Of a stretch of 64,000 bases of DNA, positions 59,330 through 64,000 are shown in pieces. The number at the start of each line of letters is the position of its first letter. The stretch's first letter is position 1. The translations under genes were made by a program, and so were the position numbers. This stretch comes from Acetoanaerobium sp. (GTDB lineage Bacteria > Bacillota > Clostridia > Peptostreptococcales > Filifactoraceae): assembly GCA_041831635.1 (NCBI GenBank), contig JBHASY010000132.1:3853-67852 (forward strand). The letters run 5' to 3'. Under the pieces are notes generated by a model, which saw nothing but the letters and a program-made list of their open reading frames with translations, was not told the DNA's origin and made no database searches.

Positions 59330-60583
59330 TTATTTAAAAGTACCTACAGGATATAGCGGAAAGTTTGCAATCAGTTTTCTTGCCTCTTCTTTACAGACGT
59401 CTAAATTCGCTTTGTCTTCAGGTGCCTCAGCTACTTTATTCATAATAGCTGCTATTTGCCTGATTTCATTTTCTTTTAACCCTCTTTGAGTAACTGCTGT
59501 AAGACCTATCCTCACACCGCTTGTCACAGCAGGAGTTTCAGGATCAAACGGAATCATATTTTTATTTACGGTAATACCTATATAGTCCAGTGCCTCTTGA
59601 AATACATTTCCTGTTATCTTCTTTCCTCTCAGGTCAGCTACCAGAAGATGGTTATCCGTTCCACCGCTTACTATTCTAAATCCATAACCCTGAAGTTCTG
59701 ACGCAAGGCATTTCGCATTTGCCACTACTTGTTTCATTATAGATTTAAATTCATCAGACGCAGCGTATTTGAACGACCAAGTCTTTGCAGCCATAGTCTG
59801 AAGGTGTATAGAACCAAGTGCACCCGGAAAAGTTCCTTTGTCAAGCAATTTTGCATACTCTTTTTTACAAAATACCATCCCGCTTCTGGCACTGCAAAAT
59901 GTTTTTGTAGTAGATGAGGTTACAAAGTCAGCGTGAGGAATAGGGCTTGGGATTACCTCTGCTGCAACAAGCCCTGCTATATGAGCCATATCCACCATAA
60001 AGTAAGCTTCGTTTTCCTTTGCAATCTTTGCTATTCTTTCATAGTCTATCAGTCTGGGGTATGAACTTCCACCTGCTATTATCAACTTAGGTTTTAAGTT
60101 TTTTGCCTTTTCTTCCAAGTCCTTATAGTCTATCTGCTCTGTGTTTTTATCAACTGAATAAAATTCAAAATCATATATCTTACTTACCCAATTTGCAGAC
60201 GAGCCATGAGTGAGGTGTCCGCCTTGATCCAGCCTCATACTGAGAACTTTGTCGCCTGGCTTTAAAATAGATGCAAACACCGTGTAATTTGCAGTAGAGC
60301 CTGAATATGACTGAATATTTACATGCTCTGCTTTAAACAGTTGCTTTGCCCTTTCCCATGCAAGTTCTTCCAACTTATCCGCTACGTGCGAACCTGCCTG
60401 AAATCTTTTCCCCGGATATCCCTCAAGTGTTTTGTTGGTAAACACACTTCCCGATAACTCCATTACAGGAACAGGTACTGTACTTTCCGAGGCAATCATC
60501 TCGATATTATGTTCTTGCCTTTCCAATTCTTCATCCAAAAGCTGTGCTAATACAGGGTCAGTCTGTCTTGTGATTTCCAGCAT
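59330..60583 (-). CDS. Serine hydroxymethyltransferase-family protein, alpha-methylserine HMT-like variant
   Basis: SHMT fold (GGHLTHG, DMAHIAGL, SGGTDNH, NKN, SGVRIG) with variant motifs TNKTLEGYPGKRF, SSTTKT, FPGALGSIH. Confidence 0.85.
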   Translation of the reverse strand: MLEITRQTDPVLAQLLDEELERQEHNIEMIASESTVPVPVMELSGSVFTNKTLEGYPGKRFQAGSHVADKLEELAWERAKQLFKAEHVNIQSYSGSTANYTVFASILKPGDKVLSMRLDQGGHLTHGSSANWVSKIYDFEFYSVDKNTEQIDYKDLEEKAKNLKPKLIIAGGSSYPRLIDYERIAKIAKENEAYFMVDMAHIAGLVAAEVIPSPIPHADFVTSSTTKTFCSARSGMVFCKKEYAKLLDKGTFPGALGSIHLQTMAAKTWSFKYAASDEFKSIMKQVVANAKCLASELQGYGFRIVSGGTDNHLLVADLRGKKITGNVFQEALDYIGITVNKNMIPFDPETPAVTSGVRIGLTAVTQRGLKENEIRQIAAIMNKVAEAPEDKANLDVCKEEARKLIANFPLYPVGTFK

Positions 60584-60728
60584 AGAAAAACCTCCTTAAA
60601 ATATTTACATTTCATAAAAAGTATATACCTATATTAAATACTGTATACTATGAAAGTCCTGTAAGAATATCTTTTTACAAAACACATAAAGCTAATTAAA
60701 AAACGTGCTCGGTTTTGAAATTATGCAT

Positions 60729-61592
60729 TCACTCCAACAAATCCGACAGATATCGTCCGTAATCTGTCTTATCCATAGTCTTTGCAAGCTCTACAAGCTT
60801 TTCAGTTGAAATATATCCTTTTTTATATGCTATTTCTTCTATGCAAGCTATATATAGCCCTTGTCTTTTTTGAATGGCTTCCACAAAATTCGATGCCTCC
60901 AGCAAAGATTCGTGAGTTCCTGTATCCAGCCACGCAAGCCCCCTACCCATAAGTTCAACCTTTAGTTCCTGTTTGTTAAGATAATGCTCTATAACGGAAG
61001 TTATCTCAAGTTCTCCACGTTTTGACGGTTTTACGGTTTTGGCTATCTCACTGACTTTTTTATCAAAGAAGTATATCCCCGGTACTGCGTATGAGGATTT
61101 CGGATTCTCAGGCTTTTCCTCTATGGATATAGCATTGTTTTCGCTATCCACCTCTACTACTCCATAGGCTCTGGGATCTTTCACATAGCAACCGAATATT
61201 ATCGCTCCTGACTTTAGCTTTGAAGCCTCGCTTAGTACATGGACAAAATTTGCTCCATAAAAAATATTATCTCCCAAAATCAAACATACTGAATCATCTT
61301 TTATAAAATCTTTCCCTATAATAAAAGCTTCTGCCAACCCTCTTGGTTCATCTTGTATGGCATATGAAAAATTCATACCCAGATCCGAGCCATCGCCAAG
61401 CAGTTCTTTAAAAAACAAAATATCTCTAGGTGTGGAAATAACAAGCACTTCTCTTATACCTGCAAGCATAAGCACCGAAAGAGGGTAGTAAATCATAGGC
61501 TTGTCATATACAGGAAGCATCTGTTTTGAAACAGATTTAGTTATAGGATAAAGTCTAGTGCCTGACCCTCCTGCCAATATTATTCCTTTCAC
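60729..61592 (-). CDS. rfbA: Glucose-1-phosphate thymidylyltransferase
   Basis: [48 protein letters not shown]. Confidence 0.97.
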   Translation of the reverse strand: MKGIILAGGSGTRLYPITKSVSKQMLPVYDKPMIYYPLSVLMLAGIREVLVISTPRDILFFKELLGDGSDLGMNFSYAIQDEPRGLAEAFIIGKDFIKDDSVCLILGDNIFYGANFVHVLSEASKLKSGAIIFGCYVKDPRAYGVVEVDSENNAISIEEKPENPKSSYAVPGIYFFDKKVSEIAKTVKPSKRGELEITSVIEHYLNKQELKVELMGRGLAWLDTGTHESLLEASNFVEAIQKRQGLYIACIEEIAYKKGYISTEKLVELAKTMDKTDYGRYLSDLLE

Positions 61593-61811
61593 TATATCCC
61601 CCTTTTTTTATTATATTTTAAAATTTTTTTAGCAACAAAACATTAACATCTAACTTTGTATACAATCTAATTATATCAAAAAATCTCATAAAAAATACTA
61701 CTATTCATACAAATTTCTATGTTTTTAATTATAAAAAGCACCTAAAAGCAAATATATAACCTTACTTCCAGGTGCTCATCAAAACTCATATTAGGCTAAA
61801 AAACATATATA

Positions 61812-62936
61812 TTATTTTAAACCTTTTTCCAGTCCAAAAGATTTTTCAAACTCTACTATTTGATGATATAATTCAAGCATACCGGCATTATATTCTTCTT
61901 TTGTTCGACTGCTGTTTATTTTTCTTTCAAGATAATCTCTCTTGCTGATAGTTCCCGTCTTATAATAAACATCATCTATACCTGATTCATAATTGACAAA
62001 TTCTATATCATCGTTTAGCATTGCAAGTCTTGCAAATGCATTTACCATATCTAAATAACCGGACTCTAAATCAAAATACAACTCATTCTTTTGTTTATCT
62101 AAGTCTTTTGTTAAATCTTCAATCGCAAGTTCTTTTTCTTTAGCTTCATATTCTTTAGTTCCTTTAGGATATCTCTTAGAATAATTTTCCAACTGTTTTT
62201 CCTTTTTCTCTAAATTCTCTTTTGCGTCTTTGATATTTTTAGCTTCTTTTCTTGCCAGTTCAATGCTGGATGCAGGAGCATATACGGTTACATCTTTTTC
62301 TACTACCTTTGTTATCATAGACGATGCATCCAAAGCATATCCGGCAGCTTTTTCAAGCCCTATGCAGTCATTTAACTCTTCATAAAGCCTATTTATATCT
62401 GTTTGCATAGTTAGTAAATCATTTTCAAGTGCAGTTTGTTTTTGAAGAGTTTCAGAAAGCTCTACCTCTAAAGACATTCCTTGCTCTAATTTAGTCTTAG
62501 ATATATCTATATCCATTAAAACCAATTCTTTTTCATAAAGCTTTTTTTCCAGTTCAAGCTGTTTTGATAAAATAGCAAAATACTTAGATATAGCTTCACT
62601 TTCATTAGTATCTTCATAGTTTTCTATTTGTTTTTCATAACCTTCTATAGTAGTTTTATAGTCATAATCCAAACTCCCGTTTCTATACTTTTCAGTTTCC
62701 ACTCCCTCACTGTCTATATCTATATACTTTTCTCCTAAATTTTGCTCTTTTAGTTTTAATTCTTTTTTATATTTTTCTACTAATTCTTTGTACACTTTAG
62801 TAGACCGGGCATTTTTTCTTGCCATAGTTCTCACTTCGTCTAACGATAACACCTTTACCTCATCAGCAAAGCTTACAGATACACTTAAAAAAATCAAAAG
62901 ACAAATCATCATACTCGATATCATTTTTTTTATCAT
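61812..62936 (-). CDS. Secreted coiled-coil protein, TolC/OEP-like helical repeats
   Basis: Signal peptide; LSLDEV..MA start; two repeats ending K.EQG.S..EL and YKTGTISK.DY. Confidence 0.55.
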   Translation of the reverse strand: MIKKMISSMMICLLIFLSVSVSFADEVKVLSLDEVRTMARKNARSTKVYKELVEKYKKELKLKEQNLGEKYIDIDSEGVETEKYRNGSLDYDYKTTIEGYEKQIENYEDTNESEAISKYFAILSKQLELEKKLYEKELVLMDIDISKTKLEQGMSLEVELSETLQKQTALENDLLTMQTDINRLYEELNDCIGLEKAAGYALDASSMITKVVEKDVTVYAPASSIELARKEAKNIKDAKENLEKKEKQLENYSKRYPKGTKEYEAKEKELAIEDLTKDLDKQKNELYFDLESGYLDMVNAFARLAMLNDDIEFVNYESGIDDVYYKTGTISKRDYLERKINSSRTKEEYNAGMLELYHQIVEFEKSFGLEKGLK

Positions 62937-63057
62937 TAAAATTGCACCACCATACCTAAATTTTTTGATACTTTGTATGTAATTATAACATTTTTAGACA
63001 TTAAAATACTAGATTGTTATCAATTTTGTAACTAATATGTATTTATTTTTAAAAATC

Positions 63058-63112
63058 AAAATCTCGGATTATGATATCTTCTAAAAGACAATCACATAAT
63101 CCGAGATTTTTT
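63058..63112 (-). terminator. Terminator after stalk-domain surface protein gene
   Basis: Perfect 16-bp arms AAAATCTCGGATTATG / CATAATCCGAGATTTT. Confidence 0.8.
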
Positions 63113-63130
63113 ATTTCCGGTTTTTTGTTT

Positions 63131-64000
63131 CTAATTTTTCACTAAATTTACTGTCTTAGTATTTTGATCCCATAACACTTCTGCTCCAAACACATCAGCT
63201 AAATATTTAAGTGGGATAAATGTTCTGCTGTTAGTAATAGTAGCTTCTGTATCCATCAAAATTTCTTGCCCATCGACTTTTAGTACATTGCTTCCGATAG
63301 TTAATACTGCATTTTTTCCATCTGATTCTATAGTTACAGTCTTTGTAGCATCATCATAACTTACCTTTGCATCTAATGATACACCTACAGCAGCTACAGA
63401 CAGCATCGTACGACCGTCTTGAATATACGGTGCAGAATCAAATGTCTGCGTCCTGCTGATTCCGCTTGTTATGATAGTGAAGTCGGTTTTCCCTATAACA
63501 AACTGTCCTGTGAATTTAGCAGTTCCTTCAATAGGAGTTTTTGTAGTAGCGTTAAACAGTACAACTTCTCCTAACTTGGTTTCATTAGATTTTCCATAGT
63601 TTAGCATTATATTTCCTTTATAATCTCCTACATAACCGAATTGATCAACAGTAACTTTTAAATCATTTATCACTATTTTGGACGGTCTGGAAGAAACATT
63701 TGTCACTTCAAACTTAATCACTCCGTCTTTATATTCAAAATTCTTAACTTCAGCATTACCATCTACCACTTCTAATTTACCATTTGTAAATTTTAATCCT
63801 TTATACGCAGGATCCACTACTATAGCATGAACTCCTTCCATTATCGATCCTGCTGCCGTTTCTGTGATTTCAATAGATGCTATAGCCTGATCCTGATGTC
63901 CCAGTGCTATATTTGTAGGTGTTCCATTGACAACTGCCAGTTTTTGCTCTACCGTAGCTATAGTTATACTGTCCTCTATTTCTCTTCCTTTTAATTTTAG
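63131..64000 (-). CDS. Large surface protein with C-terminal copper-amine-oxidase N-terminal (stalk) domain; 5' end outside window
   Basis: Frame open to window edge (LKLKGREIEDS..IEITETAAG); APYIQDGRT..YDDATKTV..RTFIPLKYLADVFGAEVLWD. Confidence 0.85.
   Translation of the reverse strand, partial: LKLKGREIEDSITIATVEQKLAVVNGTPTNIALGHQDQAIASIEITETAAGSIMEGVHAIVVDPAYKGLKFTNGKLEVVDGNAEVKNFEYKDGVIKFEVTNVSSRPSKIVINDLKVTVDQFGYVGDYKGNIMLNYGKSNETKLGEVVLFNATTKTPIEGTAKFTGQFVIGKTDFTIITSGISRTQTFDSAPYIQDGRTMLSVAAVGVSLDAKVSYDDATKTVTIESDGKNAVLTIGSNVLKVDGQEILMDTEATITNSRTFIPLKYLADVFGAEVLWDQNTKTVNLVKN

Noticed and set aside
61656-61665. TTGTATACAA palindrome upstream of rfbA (GntR-like site)
   Set aside because: 10-bp AT-rich palindrome expected by chance; no regulator nearby
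440-62982. Numerous 60-160 aa ORFs antisense to or nested in long genes
   Set aside because: Shadow frames of well-supported genes, with no RBS or family motifs
53790-63110. Shared AAAATCTCG/CGAGATTTT arms in two terminators, as a possible REP-like family
   Set aside because: Only 9 bp shared, half of it A/T tract, and the interiors are unrelated
1-64000. CRISPR array, tRNA, rRNA or prophage
   Set aside because: No regularly spaced repeats, cloverleafs, rRNA-like segments or phage structural genes seen

Overview
Low-GC Firmicute (Clostridia-type) chromosomal window, mostly minus-strand genes. 0-27 kb is conserved core: metG-tatD-rnmV-rsmA, murC, purR-spoVG-glmU-prs-pth-mfd-prsA-MurJ-like flippase, then a cell-wall polymer block (LTA synthase-like, DUF5693-like, csaB, TagA-like) ending in a stand-alone fliW-csrA-flagellin module. 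27-64 kb is accessory: SLH/stalk surface proteins, galU, a DUF1659-DUF2922 microprotein pair, RND and MacAB-type pumps, mobile-element debris (serine recombinase fragments, a 112-bp IS30 miniature), a G5-NlpC/P60 hydrolase with WalR-type boxes, and a GtrABC-like amino-dideoxyhexose glycosylation cluster headed by a PtuAB/Septu-like ATPase-HNH pair. It also holds rmlA/rmlB, an EF-G paralog, a C-rich sRNA candidate and an atypical SHMT. The main finding is a small orphan sigma factor (53157-53693) with a perfect LexA box. Its upstream region shares a 22-nt bipartite motif (20/22 identical, same spacing) with the DUF1659-DUF2922 operon 23 kb away, suggesting an SOS-gated sigma regulon. No rRNA, tRNA or CRISPR array was seen. 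Family calls come from motif recognition by eye; no database searches were run.
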